From a bacterium (GTDB lineage: Bacteria; Patescibacteriota; Dojkabacteria; JAKAPS01; JAJZLI01), in NCBI GenBank assembly GCA_021785355.1, contig JAJYFR010000001.1:66976-130975 (forward strand): DNA of 64,000 nucleotides. The letters run 5' to 3'. The stretch's first letter is position 1; each line of letters begins with the position of its first letter. Below, in pieces: positions 18,283 to 31,903 of the stretch. Under the pieces are notes generated by a model that was given only the letters and a program-made list of their open reading frames with translations, was not told where the DNA came from and did no database searches. The position numbers and the translations under genes are program-made.

Positions 18283-20014
18283 ATACAGTTTTGATTCACT
18301 TTGTGAACATTTAATTTTATTAGAAAAAATTTCATCTAGAAATCAAATTACAGAGGTTATATCAAACCTATTAAAAGAGATACCTCAAGAGTATGTGGAG
18401 GAATTTATGTATTTGATAAATGGTAGGGTAGCTCCATTTTATGTGAAATCTGATTTTAATATAGGAGATAAAATGATAACAGATGTTCTTAGTGAAGTTC
18501 TTTTACTAGATAATGCTCAGGTAGTATCATATCTAAATGAATATGGAGATTTAGGTACTGTTTTTTATAATAACAAAAAAGGAGATATTCAAAACTATGA
18601 ATTCATAGATATATTTAATTTTTTAAAAGAGATTTCCTTAATTGAGGGGAAAGATTCAAATAAAATAAAGCGAGATCGACTTATTGAAATGTTAAAAACA
18701 TTATCTCCTAATTCTGGAAAATACCTAATTAGAATAGTCTTAGGGAAACTAAGGTTAGGGTTTAGTAATAAAACTTTATTAGATGCAATATCATACTCAA
18801 TAAAAGGTGATAAATCTTTAAGGAAACCTTTAGAATCTGCATATTCTAGATGTTCAGATATTGGAATAGTAGCAAAATATGCTTTTTTAGATATAAATTC
18901 TTTAAATGATTTTTCAATAAAGATAGGTATCCCTATATTTCCAAAATTAGTAGAACGTTCATCATCTATAAATGATGGTATTAAAAGATTTAAAGAAGTT
19001 TATGCCCAACCTAAATTTGATGGATTAAGGTGTCAGATCCATATATTAGATTCAGGAGAAATAAAACTATTCTCAAGAAATCTTAATGATATAACTGATT
19101 TATTTCCTCAATTTATAGAAAGCTTTCAAAAACTAAATGTTAAAAATGCTATTTTTGATTCAGAAATAATAGGAATAAATCTTATTACAAATAAATTTTT
19201 ATTGTTTCAAGATACGGTTAAAATGAAGAGAAAGAACAATCTAATAGTAGATGATAACAATGAGATGAAAGCTTTTATATTTGATGTAATATATCTTAAT
19301 TCCAAATCTTTTTTAAATGAACCTTTCAAAAATAGAATTATGGTTTTATCAGGTCTTTTTTCTGATAATAATTATAAAAATATAGAATTAACAGAAACGA
19401 AAATTTTTTCTAAAGAAGAAGATGTCTACGATTATTTTGAAGAAAATATTAATAAAGGTTTGGAAGGTGTAGTCCTTAAGAATCCCAATAGTTTATATAC
19501 TCCAGGCACACGTAATTTTGATTGGCTAAAACTGAAAAGAGATTCTTTGAAAGATGTTGTTGATACAATTGATGCTGTAATAATGGGGTATTACAAAGGT
19601 AGTGGTAGTAGAGCAAAGTTAGGGATAGGTGGGGTTTTAGTAGGTATATATAATTCTAATAAAAATAAATTTGAAACTATATGTAAATTAGGAAGTGGTT
19701 TTTCAGAAGAAGAACTGGTAGATTTAAAAGCATCTTTAGATTTAAATATCATTAATAATCCAGATAAATTCTATGTTTTCAATAAAGATATCACTCCAGA
19801 TGTATGGGTGGATCCTAAGATAGTAGTAGTTATAAGATCTGATGAAATAACAAAAAGTCCTATACATACATCAGGTATGGATCAGGATAAAGATAAGAAA
19901 GGTTTTGCTTTAAGATTTCCTAGATTTATAAGTTTTAGAGTCGATAAAGGGGCTTATGATTCAACAAGTGTCTCTGAGGTGGAATCTATGTATAAAATTG
20001 AAAAAAATATATGA
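18263..20014 (+). CDS. ATP-dependent DNA ligase
   Basis: 583 aa. Motif I KFDGLR, motif IV EGVVLK, motif V DAVIMGY, motif VI FPRFISFRVDK. Start overlaps the polA end (alternative ATG at 18269). Confidence 0.8.
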   Translation: MYMKINKYSFDSLCEHLILLEKISSRNQITEVISNLLKEIPQEYVEEFMYLINGRVAPFYVKSDFNIGDKMITDVLSEVLLLDNAQVVSYLNEYGDLGTVFYNNKKGDIQNYEFIDIFNFLKEISLIEGKDSNKIKRDRLIEMLKTLSPNSGKYLIRIVLGKLRLGFSNKTLLDAISYSIKGDKSLRKPLESAYSRCSDIGIVAKYAFLDINSLNDFSIKIGIPIFPKLVERSSSINDGIKRFKEVYAQPKFDGLRCQIHILDSGEIKLFSRNLNDITDLFPQFIESFQKLNVKNAIFDSEIIGINLITNKFLLFQDTVKMKRKNNLIVDDNNEMKAFIFDVIYLNSKSFLNEPFKNRIMVLSGLFSDNNYKNIELTETKIFSKEEDVYDYFEENINKGLEGVVLKNPNSLYTPGTRNFDWLKLKRDSLKDVVDTIDAVIMGYYKGSGSRAKLGIGGVLVGIYNSNKNKFETICKLGSGFSEEELVDLKASLDLNIINNPDKFYVFNKDITPDVWVDPKIVVVIRSDEITKSPIHTSGMDQDKDKKGFALRFPRFISFRVDKGAYDSTSVSEVESMYKIEKNI

Positions 20015-20027
20015 TATAATATTTCCC

Positions 20028-21128
20028 ATGATTCCATTAGGTAAAGATAAGAAAGTTTTAGTAGCAATGTCTGGGGGAGTAGATAGTTCCGTAGCTGCAT
20101 ATATTTTAAAAGAACAAGGTTTTGATTTAATTGGGGTTCATATGAAATTTTGGACAGAAGAACAGGGAGATGAATATGGACATCTTTCAGCAAAAGATAA
20201 TAAATGTTGTTCTATAGAAGGGGTTGAAGATGCTAGAAATCTTTGTGATCAACTAAATATTCCTTTTTATGTATTAAATTTTAGAGATGATTTTAAGGAA
20301 GATATTGTTAATTACTTTATATCTTCTTTTAAAAATGGTTTAACTCCAAATCCTTGTGTTATGTGTAATAAAAAAATAAAATTTGGACTTTTATATGAAA
20401 AAATGAAAGATTTTAATGCTCAATATGTTGCTACAGGTCATTATGCTAGAATAATCAAAGAAGATGGTGAATTTAAGCTTTCTAGAGCCCTAGATTTATC
20501 TAAAGATCAATCATATTTCTTACACAGTATTAATAAAAACAATCTTGCAAGTACTTTATTTCCTATAGGAGAGATTAAGAGTAAAGATGAAGTAAGAGAT
20601 ATTGCGCATAAAGCAGGATTGAGAGTATCAGCTAAAAAAGATTCTCAAGAAATATGTTTTATTCCTGGAAATGATTATAAAGGTTTTATAGAAAGAAATG
20701 TAAATATAGATCATACTCCTGGGGATATTGTAGATTTATCTGGTAATATAATAGGAAAGCATAATGGTCTGTCATATTACACTATTGGTCAGAGGAAGGG
20801 TATAGAAACTGTTTTAATAAAGCCATTATATGTAATTAAAAAAGATTTTAGAAATAACAGATTAATAGTAGGTGATATAGAAGATTGTAAGACATATAAT
20901 TTAACCTTGTCGAATATCAATATGTTGAGTGATGATGATAAAATGAATAAAGGGACTAGAATTCAGGTAAGATATAGGGGTAAAATATTAGATATAAAAG
21001 ACTTGCATAAAGAAGGTGATGATCTAAAAATTTTACTAAAAGATGGTGAAATAGGTGTAGCTCCTGGTCAATATGGAGTTTTGTATAATGAAAATATAGT
21101 TATAGGAGGAGGTGTTATTAGTATATGA
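20028..21128 (+). CDS. mnmA: tRNA 2-thiouridylase MnmA
   Basis: PP-loop VLVAMSGGVDSSVAAY. The conserved family N-terminus begins at the second in-frame ATG (20028); the track ORF begins at 19956 overlapping the ligase. Confidence 0.85.
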   Translation: MIPLGKDKKVLVAMSGGVDSSVAAYILKEQGFDLIGVHMKFWTEEQGDEYGHLSAKDNKCCSIEGVEDARNLCDQLNIPFYVLNFRDDFKEDIVNYFISSFKNGLTPNPCVMCNKKIKFGLLYEKMKDFNAQYVATGHYARIIKEDGEFKLSRALDLSKDQSYFLHSINKNNLASTLFPIGEIKSKDEVRDIAHKAGLRVSAKKDSQEICFIPGNDYKGFIERNVNIDHTPGDIVDLSGNIIGKHNGLSYYTIGQRKGIETVLIKPLYVIKKDFRNNRLIVGDIEDCKTYNLTLSNINMLSDDDKMNKGTRIQVRYRGKILDIKDLHKEGDDLKILLKDGEIGVAPGQYGVLYNENIVIGGGVISI

Positions 21129-21571
21129 AGAGTATTTTGAATATTAATCTAAAAGAATTAATTAATTTATCTTATCTAACGGCAAATCCTTTGCCTAAGT
21201 TTATATATATTAATTATTTTATAATTTTATCTATAGATTTATTCTTAGTATGGGTTATTTTTTTATACTTATATATTTTAAAGAAAACCTATAAAACTCC
21301 TATATATAATGTGTTTAGAAAGATTTCTTGGATTTCATTTTATCTTTGTATTTTATTATTAGTATTATTATACTCTAGAGCTTTTGGAATAGCATTTCTT
21401 TCAATGAGGTTATTTTTAGAAATCTATTTATTAATTTTAATAGTATTTATAGTATATTTTGCTATATACTTTCTTTTCTTTCTAAAAAAGGATAATATAG
21501 AGTATTATAAAAAAATAACAAGAGAAAAGTATCTTCCTAAGAAGAAAAGAAATAAGTCAAAAAAGTCTTAA
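21125..21571 (+). CDS. Hypothetical polytopic small membrane protein
   Basis: 148 aa, 3-4 hydrophobic helices, basic C-terminus. Overlaps the mnmA stop (ATGA). Confidence 0.3.
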   Translation: MKSILNINLKELINLSYLTANPLPKFIYINYFIILSIDLFLVWVIFLYLYILKKTYKTPIYNVFRKISWISFYLCILLLVLLYSRAFGIAFLSMRLFLEIYLLILIVFIVYFAIYFLFFLKKDNIEYYKKITREKYLPKKKRNKSKKS

Positions 21572-21588
21572 GCTATAGGTTTTTTTGT

Positions 21589-21649
21589 TTGACTTTTTCC
21601 ATTTATCATGGTATAAGAATTAAGTTTATAATGCTCTTTTTACAATTTA
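21589..21649 (+). promoter_or_regulatory. rrn promoter (TTGACT-17-TATAAG) plus boxA-like antitermination element
   Basis: TTGACT 21589-21594, TATAAG 21612-21617. TGCTCTTTTTACAATTTA (21632-21649) resembles rrn boxA (TGCTCTTTAACAATTTA). Confidence 0.45.
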
Positions 21650-21713
21650 AAAGTAGTAGGTCTCTAAAATTCTGGATTTTTAATGTTGATCCTACAAATA
21701 ACATTTTTTTTGA

Positions 21714-23210
<1,497 letters not shown>

Positions 23211-23322
23211 TTAAGGAGATATTTATAAAAACCTAAATAGAAAATTAGAGTTCCTGCTACTTTTAAATTGTAAAAAACATTACAAAGAATGATCTTTAAA
23301 ATATTTTATTGTATGGAGTAAG

Positions 23323-23396
23323 GGGCGACTAGCTCAGTTGGTTAGAGCGCAGTCCTGATAAGACTGAGGTCCATGGTTCGATTCCATGGTCGCCCA
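23323..23396 (+). tRNA. tRNA-Ile (GAU) in the 16S-23S spacer
   Basis: gggcgac...agctcagttggttagagc...ctGATaa...ggttcgattcc...gtcgccca. Confidence 0.9.
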
Positions 23397-23408
23397 GTTT
23401 TAATCAGT

Positions 23409-23481
23409 GGGGACGTAGCTTAGTTGGTATAGCGCTTCATTTGCACTGAAGAGGTCAGGAGTCCGAATCTCCTCGTCTCCA
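23409..23481 (+). tRNA. tRNA-Ala (UGC) in the 16S-23S spacer
   Basis: ggggacgtagcttagttggtatagc, anticodon loop ttTGCac, T-arm aggagtccgaatctcct. Confidence 0.9.
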
Positions 23482-23546
23482 AAAATAAAATATGGTGCTC
23501 TTTTAAAAGTGAATAGAAAAGTGGGTATTTAATATTTAAATTACTC

Positions 23547-26658
<3,112 letters not shown>

Positions 26659-26742
26659 AATTAATATTAAATACAAGACTTTCTATTCACTTTTAAAGGA
26701 GTATTCTCTTTTTGAGAAATTTCTGTTAAAATACTTTTAAAT

Positions 26743-26848
26743 TCTTGGTGATTGTAGCAAAGTGGAACTACCTCTTCCATTCCGAACAGAGTCGTAAAAC
26801 GCTTTAGCTCCGAAAATACTGTAAGGGAAGATAGGTCATTGCCAAGAT
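26743..26848 (+). rRNA. rrf: 5S ribosomal RNA
   Basis: cttggtgattgtagcaaagtggaactacctcttccattccgaacagag...gtaagggaagataggtcattgccaag, matching the bacterial 5S pattern. Confidence 0.8.
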
Positions 26849-26859
26849 TTTTTTTATAT

Positions 26860-27975
26860 ATGGTTGTAACAAAAAAAGAAACAATAAATAAATTTTCAGA
26901 TCTGATAAAAGATAGCTCTGTTTCTATAAAATATCTCAAAAGAGGTGATATAGTACAGGGTGAAGTTGTTAAGATAATGAAGGGTGTTGTTTTAGTTGAT
27001 CTAAAGCATAAATCTGAAGGTTTAATCTCTGGATCAGAATTAAGAAGTCCTGGATTTTTATTAAAAGATATGAAAATAGGTGATGATCTAACCCTTTTTG
27101 TATTGAATCCTGAGAACGATAAAGGTCAAATAGAATTATCCCTAAGAAGAACAGAAGATATTAGGAAATGGAGTGTATTAGAGAACTCTTGGAAAAATGG
27201 AGAGGTAATAGAAGTAACTGTGATGGATTATAATAATGGAGGTTTACTAGTAGATATAGAGGGTTCATTGTCAGGTTTTGTTCCAATTTCTCAATTAGAC
27301 TTTGCAAGAATATACAAGGATAATGCTGTAGAAAATAATATTTCAGAAAGTTTAAATAAATTAATAGGTCAAAAACTATTAGTTAAAGTAATAGAATTAG
27401 ATAAAACTAAAGATAGAATTATACTTTCTGAAAAATTAGTTTCTAGTAATGATGATGTTTTATTAAGAAATGAAACTATAAAAAACATAAAAGTAAATGA
27501 TATATTAGAAGGAGTAGTCACAAGTGTTACTCCTTATGGACTATTTGTCACAGCACAAGGGTTAGAGGGATTAGTTCATTTATCTGAAATTTCTTGGGAT
27601 AAAGTTGCTAATCCAAGTGATTTTTATAAAATAGGAGATGAAGTAAAAGTGCAATTGATAAGTATGGGTGATGATGGAAAGAGAGTTGCATACTCAATAA
27701 AGAGATTACAACAAGATACATGGGATTCAATAATATCTAACTATAAAGTAGGTCAAATAGTAAAAGGTACTGTTCAAAAAATTGTAGATTATGGTGTATT
27801 TGTAAGAATAGCAGAAGGTGTGAATGGTTTAATTCACATATCTGAATTATCTGATGAACCTATTGATGATGTATCTAAAATAATATCAATTGGTCAAGAG
27901 TTAGAATTGAAAGTACTCTCAATTTCCCCAGTAGAAAGACATTTAGGTCTTAGTTTAAAAAAAGCTTCAATATAA
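26860..27975 (+). CDS. rpsA: 30S ribosomal protein S1 (short, four S1 domains)
   Basis: Repeated S1-domain signatures (GDIVQGEVVKI...VDL, GEVIEVTV, EGVVTSVTPYGLFV, GTVQKIVDYGVFV). First ATG at 26860 lies 12 nt after the 5S 3' end; the track ORF begins at TTG 26839 inside 5S. Confidence 0.75.
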   Translation: MVVTKKETINKFSDLIKDSSVSIKYLKRGDIVQGEVVKIMKGVVLVDLKHKSEGLISGSELRSPGFLLKDMKIGDDLTLFVLNPENDKGQIELSLRRTEDIRKWSVLENSWKNGEVIEVTVMDYNNGGLLVDIEGSLSGFVPISQLDFARIYKDNAVENNISESLNKLIGQKLLVKVIELDKTKDRIILSEKLVSSNDDVLLRNETIKNIKVNDILEGVVTSVTPYGLFVTAQGLEGLVHLSEISWDKVANPSDFYKIGDEVKVQLISMGDDGKRVAYSIKRLQQDTWDSIISNYKVGQIVKGTVQKIVDYGVFVRIAEGVNGLIHISELSDEPIDDVSKIISIGQELELKVLSISPVERHLGLSLKKASI

Positions 27976-28017
27976 TATAAAGATTTCATATTTTAAGTAT
28001 ATGATATAATATATATT

Positions 28018-30495
28018 ATGGATTTAGATTCAAGTATAGATAAATTTTCAAAAAATGCTATTAGTGCTATTAATTTAGCATATGAATATGCTAATAATAA
28101 TAATTCTGTTTTAGATGTAAAACATTTATTTTTAGGTATAATTAATCAAAAAGAAGGTTTTGTATTTAAAGCGCTTGAAAGTGTAAATTTTAATGCATCT
28201 ATATCTTTTGATGAAATAATATTTGAAGAAAATAAAAAGAATAATGTAGAAATAACGGTCTCTGAAGATTTCAAGAAAGCACTTGTAAACGCGTTCTATG
28301 TTTCTCGTAAAATGGGGCATGTCTACGTTGGTACAGAACATTTAATGTTAGGAATACTTCAGTTAGTAAATAATTCTTTTGTTAAAGAATTACAAAATTT
28401 TGGTTTAGATTTTGAATATTTTCAAAATCTCATATATTCATATGGTAATTATCCTCCTGGAGTATTTTTCCATAATAATGCAACTCTAGATTCTTCAATG
28501 AACATAGATTATCTAAATAGATCAACTCTGTCTTTTATGGCTCAGAATATGGTTGAAAATGCTTCTAAGAATAAAAACATTGAGATTGTAGGTAGAAGTG
28601 AAGAGTTAAATAGAATGATCCATATCTTATCGAGAAGAAATAAAAATAATCCTATTTTAATTGGAGAAGCTGGGGTAGGAAAGACATCTTTGGTAGAATA
28701 TTTGGCATATAAAATATATAAGAAAGATGTCCCTGAGAATATTCAAGATTTTGAAATATGGAATTTAGATTTAGCTAAGTTAATGATGTCAACTGAAATG
28801 AGAGGTGAATTAGAGTCGAAGATTAATAATATCATGGAAGAGATTAAATCAAGGAAAAATGTTATTCTATTTATAGATGAAATACATATGATTTTTAATC
28901 TAGGAAACAATGGTAGTAATAATGATATAGCTAACATGTTAAAACCCCATCTTACAAGTGAATATTTAAGATGTATAGGTGCTACAACTTTATATGAATA
29001 TCAAAGGTTTTTTGAGAATGACACTGCTCTAAATCGCAGATTCTTACCAGTTAAAGTGGATGAATTATCAAAAGAAGATTCAGTTAAAGCTATTCGTAAT
29101 ATAAAGTCAAATATAGAGAAATTTCATAATGTAGTGATAACCGATGAATCAATAAATGAAGCCGTTAATCTTTCAGATCGTTTTATAGTAGATAGATTTC
29201 TTCCGGATAAGGCAATTGATCTGCTAGAAGAATCTGCAACTACAAAAAATTTAGAAGAAAATAAGACGGCAAATAAACTTAGGAATATAAAAAGTAGTTT
29301 AGATAAAGTGTCTATTAAGAAAGAAAGTTATTTGGAAAATAGAAGGTACATGCAATCTTTGTATTATCAAGAAAAAGAGAATGACTTGAAAATGAAGATT
29401 AGTACTTTAAATAATGAAATTAAATCAAACAGTAAAAAAGTTTTTAAAGAAGATATTGTAGATGTTGTATCAAAATGGACAGGAATCCCTGTATATAATA
29501 TAACTAATTCAAATTTAAAATCTGTAAAAAATATAGATTTAAAAATAAAGAAAGAAATAATAGGTCAGGATAATGCAGTAGAGAGAGTGGTAAGTGTTTT
29601 AAGAAGCGCTAGAGTAGGATTTAGAGATGAGACTAGACCCTTAGGCATATTCTTGTTTGTAGGCCCTACAGGAGTAGGTAAGACTGAATTAGCAAAACAA
29701 ATAGCATTGAAATATATGGGAAGCTCAAAATCTCTTGTTCAAATAGATATGAGTGAATACATGGAAGCCCACAGTGTATCTAAGTTTATAGGTTCTCCCC
29801 CTGGATATGTTGGATATCAAGATGGAGGGCAACTCACTGAAAAAGTTAAAAATAAACCTTATTCAGTAGTTCTTTTTGATGAAATAGAAAAAGCTCATCC
29901 AGAAGTTTTAAATATATTATTGCAAATGATGGAAGAAGGTCATTTAACTGATAGTAGAGGTCGATTTATCAATTTTAAGAATACTATAATAGTAATGACT
30001 TCTAACATAGGCTCAGATATTATTGAGAACAATTCTTTGCTTGGATTTAATGTTAGTAATGATATTTCTTCTGCTACTGATAAAGAAATAGAGAGTGAAT
30101 ATGATTCTATAGAGGATGATACTTTAATAAAACTTAAAGATTATCTTTTACCCGAATTTTTAAATAGAATTGATGACATAGTTGTATTTAAGTCTCTTAA
30201 TAGGACCGATGCGCTTAAAATAGTGAAGAAAATAGCTAAGAAATATATAGAAAAATTAAATAAAATTAATATAGAGATAGAGTTTTCTGATAACTTCTTA
30301 AAATTTATATCAGAAAAAGGATTCAGCGAAGAATTTGGAGCTAGGCAATTAAGGAGAATCTTTACTAAATATACAGAAACAAGTCTATCGTCATTCTTTA
30401 TAGAAAACTCAAACTTCTCTATAGTTGAAAACTCTTCAAAGAAATTAATATTAGATATAGATAAAGACTCAAAGGTCAATATTAGTATTCTTTAA
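28018..30495 (+). CDS. clpC: ATP-dependent Clp protease ATP-binding subunit ClpC
   Basis: 825 aa. Two Clp_N repeats, AAA1 GEAGVGKT, middle coiled-coil, AAA2 GPTGVGKTELAK, sensor-2 region. Confidence 0.85.
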   Translation: MDLDSSIDKFSKNAISAINLAYEYANNNNSVLDVKHLFLGIINQKEGFVFKALESVNFNASISFDEIIFEENKKNNVEITVSEDFKKALVNAFYVSRKMGHVYVGTEHLMLGILQLVNNSFVKELQNFGLDFEYFQNLIYSYGNYPPGVFFHNNATLDSSMNIDYLNRSTLSFMAQNMVENASKNKNIEIVGRSEELNRMIHILSRRNKNNPILIGEAGVGKTSLVEYLAYKIYKKDVPENIQDFEIWNLDLAKLMMSTEMRGELESKINNIMEEIKSRKNVILFIDEIHMIFNLGNNGSNNDIANMLKPHLTSEYLRCIGATTLYEYQRFFENDTALNRRFLPVKVDELSKEDSVKAIRNIKSNIEKFHNVVITDESINEAVNLSDRFIVDRFLPDKAIDLLEESATTKNLEENKTANKLRNIKSSLDKVSIKKESYLENRRYMQSLYYQEKENDLKMKISTLNNEIKSNSKKVFKEDIVDVVSKWTGIPVYNITNSNLKSVKNIDLKIKKEIIGQDNAVERVVSVLRSARVGFRDETRPLGIFLFVGPTGVGKTELAKQIALKYMGSSKSLVQIDMSEYMEAHSVSKFIGSPPGYVGYQDGGQLTEKVKNKPYSVVLFDEIEKAHPEVLNILLQMMEEGHLTDSRGRFINFKNTIIVMTSNIGSDIIENNSLLGFNVSNDISSATDKEIESEYDSIEDDTLIKLKDYLLPEFLNRIDDIVVFKSLNRTDALKIVKKIAKKYIEKLNKINIEIEFSDNFLKFISEKGFSEEFGARQLRRIFTKYTETSLSSFFIENSNFSIVENSSKKLILDIDKDSKVNISIL

Positions 30496-30603
30496 ACAAC
30501 TTATCCACACTAATACAATTGTGTTAAACTTATCCACAATTTTTAATTAAAGCCTTTAAATCAATGTTTTTGAATGCATTTTGAGAGATAAATATCTATG
30601 GGG

Positions 30604-30632
30604 TTGACATAAATAACTTTATAGGTTAGAAT
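30604..30632 (+). promoter_or_regulatory. Strong sigma70 consensus promoter P1 (TTGACA-17-TAGAAT) driving a short structured transcript
   Basis: TTGACA 30604-30609, TAGAAT 30627-30632. Confidence 0.45.
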
Positions 30633-30759
30633 ATAAATGTTCTTAAAAAAATTAATAAAATAAACTTACATCCCTGGGTCTGGTTAGTAAAAGAAGCTTT
30701 GCTGGTCCCATGGATGTGAGTTTATAATAATAAGTTAATTTTTTTTTTAATTTATTATT

Positions 30760-30795
30760 GGGATCGGTGGGGGGCAGTACCGATCCCTTTTTTTT
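30760..30795 (+). terminator. Rho-independent terminator/attenuator upstream of rplJ
   Basis: Stem gggatcggt (30760-30768) / accgatccc (30779-30787), G-rich loop, then 8 T (30788-30795). Confidence 0.6.
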
Positions 30796-30799
30796 GTGT

Positions 30800-30828
30800 T
30801 TGACTAATTCTATATTTTTGTATAGAAT
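30800..30828 (+). promoter_or_regulatory. Second consensus promoter P2 (TTGACT-17-TAGAAT) immediately downstream of the terminator, about 80 nt upstream of rplJ
   Basis: TTGACT 30800-30805, TAGAAT 30823-30828. Leader contains the hairpin gtaggat...atcctac (about 30857-30890). Confidence 0.45.
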
Positions 30829-30907
30829 ATAGTTCGTACACTTTTTAGTTAAAGACAGTAGGATCCAATCTGGATTAAAAGTTCATCCTACAGAAACTAC
30901 AAAATCT

Positions 30908-31432
30908 ATGGCAATAAATAAACAAAGAAAGCAAGATTTATTAAAATTATATGATATAGAAATATCTAATTCTGAATGTATATTTTTTATAAATACTAAT
31001 GGTTTAAATGTTATAACTATTGATAACTTAAGAAATTCATTAAGTGAGTTTGAAGGTGCAAAATATAAACTGATAAAAAATACTCTATTTAAAAAATCTC
31101 TTAAAGAATTAAAGTTTACAGATGATGTTATAGATTCTATATCAGGATATAACGCAGTTATTTTTGCTCATAAAGATAGTAATCTTTTAGCAAAATTAAT
31201 AATTAAATTTTGTGAAGACAATAGTGTTAATGTAAATTTTGCTATTTTAGATAAGCAAAAATTGTTAGTTGATGATGTTGTTAAACTAAGTAATATTAAA
31301 TCAAAGGAAGTATTAGTACTTAATATGATATATATACTTAAGGATGGAATTAATAATGTGGTTCATTCATTAAATTATAATACTAATTTATTAGTTAATA
31401 CTTTAGATTTAATTGAAAATAAAAGGGGGTGA
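30908..31432 (+). CDS. rplJ: 50S ribosomal protein L10
   Basis: 174 aa. Followed 8 nt later by rplL, the canonical rplJ-rplL pair. L10-like N-terminus. Confidence 0.75.
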   Translation: MAINKQRKQDLLKLYDIEISNSECIFFINTNGLNVITIDNLRNSLSEFEGAKYKLIKNTLFKKSLKELKFTDDVIDSISGYNAVIFAHKDSNLLAKLIIKFCEDNSVNVNFAILDKQKLLVDDVVKLSNIKSKEVLVLNMIYILKDGINNVVHSLNYNTNLLVNTLDLIENKRG

Positions 31433-31440
31433 ATTAACAA

Positions 31441-31845
31441 ATGAAAGACAATGATAAAAAATTAAGTTCTATTGTTTCTGAGATAGAGAAGTTAAATATA
31501 GTAGAAGTTTCAGAATTGGTAAAACTTTTAGAAGAAAAATTCGATGTAAAAGCTAATAATCAAATGCAATTTGTTGCTGCAAATAATCAGTCTGTTGCAA
31601 GTGGTGAAACAGAAGAAGCTACTGAAGAGAAAGATGTGTTTGAAGTCGTATTAGAAAGTGCTGGAGATAAAAAAATTGAAGTTATTAAAGCTTTAAGAGT
31701 CGTAAGTCCTGAATTAGGATTAAAAGAAGCAAAAGATTTGACAGAATCTACTCCAAAAACAATAAAGGAGTCTGTTAATAAAGAAGAAGCTGAAAAAATA
31801 AAGAAATTATTTGAAGATGCTGGTGCTAAAATAACTTTAAAGTAA
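31441..31845 (+). CDS. rplL: 50S ribosomal protein L7/L12
   Basis: 134 aa. Ala/Glu-rich hinge and the conserved C-terminal domain (IEVIKALRVVSPELGLKEAKDL ... AEKIKKLFEDAGAKITLK). Confidence 0.9.
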   Translation: MKDNDKKLSSIVSEIEKLNIVEVSELVKLLEEKFDVKANNQMQFVAANNQSVASGETEEATEEKDVFEVVLESAGDKKIEVIKALRVVSPELGLKEAKDLTESTPKTIKESVNKEEAEKIKKLFEDAGAKITLK

Positions 31846-31870
31846 TAAGCGTTTTTAGTAAATCAATTAT

Positions 31871-31903
31871 AAAGAAAGGGGATTTTTAAGAATCCCTTTC
31901 TTT
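31871..31903. terminator. Candidate bidirectional terminator hairpin between rplL (+) and the convergent membrane-protein gene (-)
   Basis: aaagaaaggg (31871-31880) / ccctttcttt (31894-31903), 13-nt loop. Weak flanking U-runs. Confidence 0.35.

Noticed and set aside
30669-30720. Hairpin upstream of rplJ as a 4.5S/SRP RNA
   Set aside because: GGUCUGG and GAAGC resemble helix-8 fragments, but no properly closed GNRA tetraloop or symmetric-loop arrangement could be built. More likely a leader or attenuator element.
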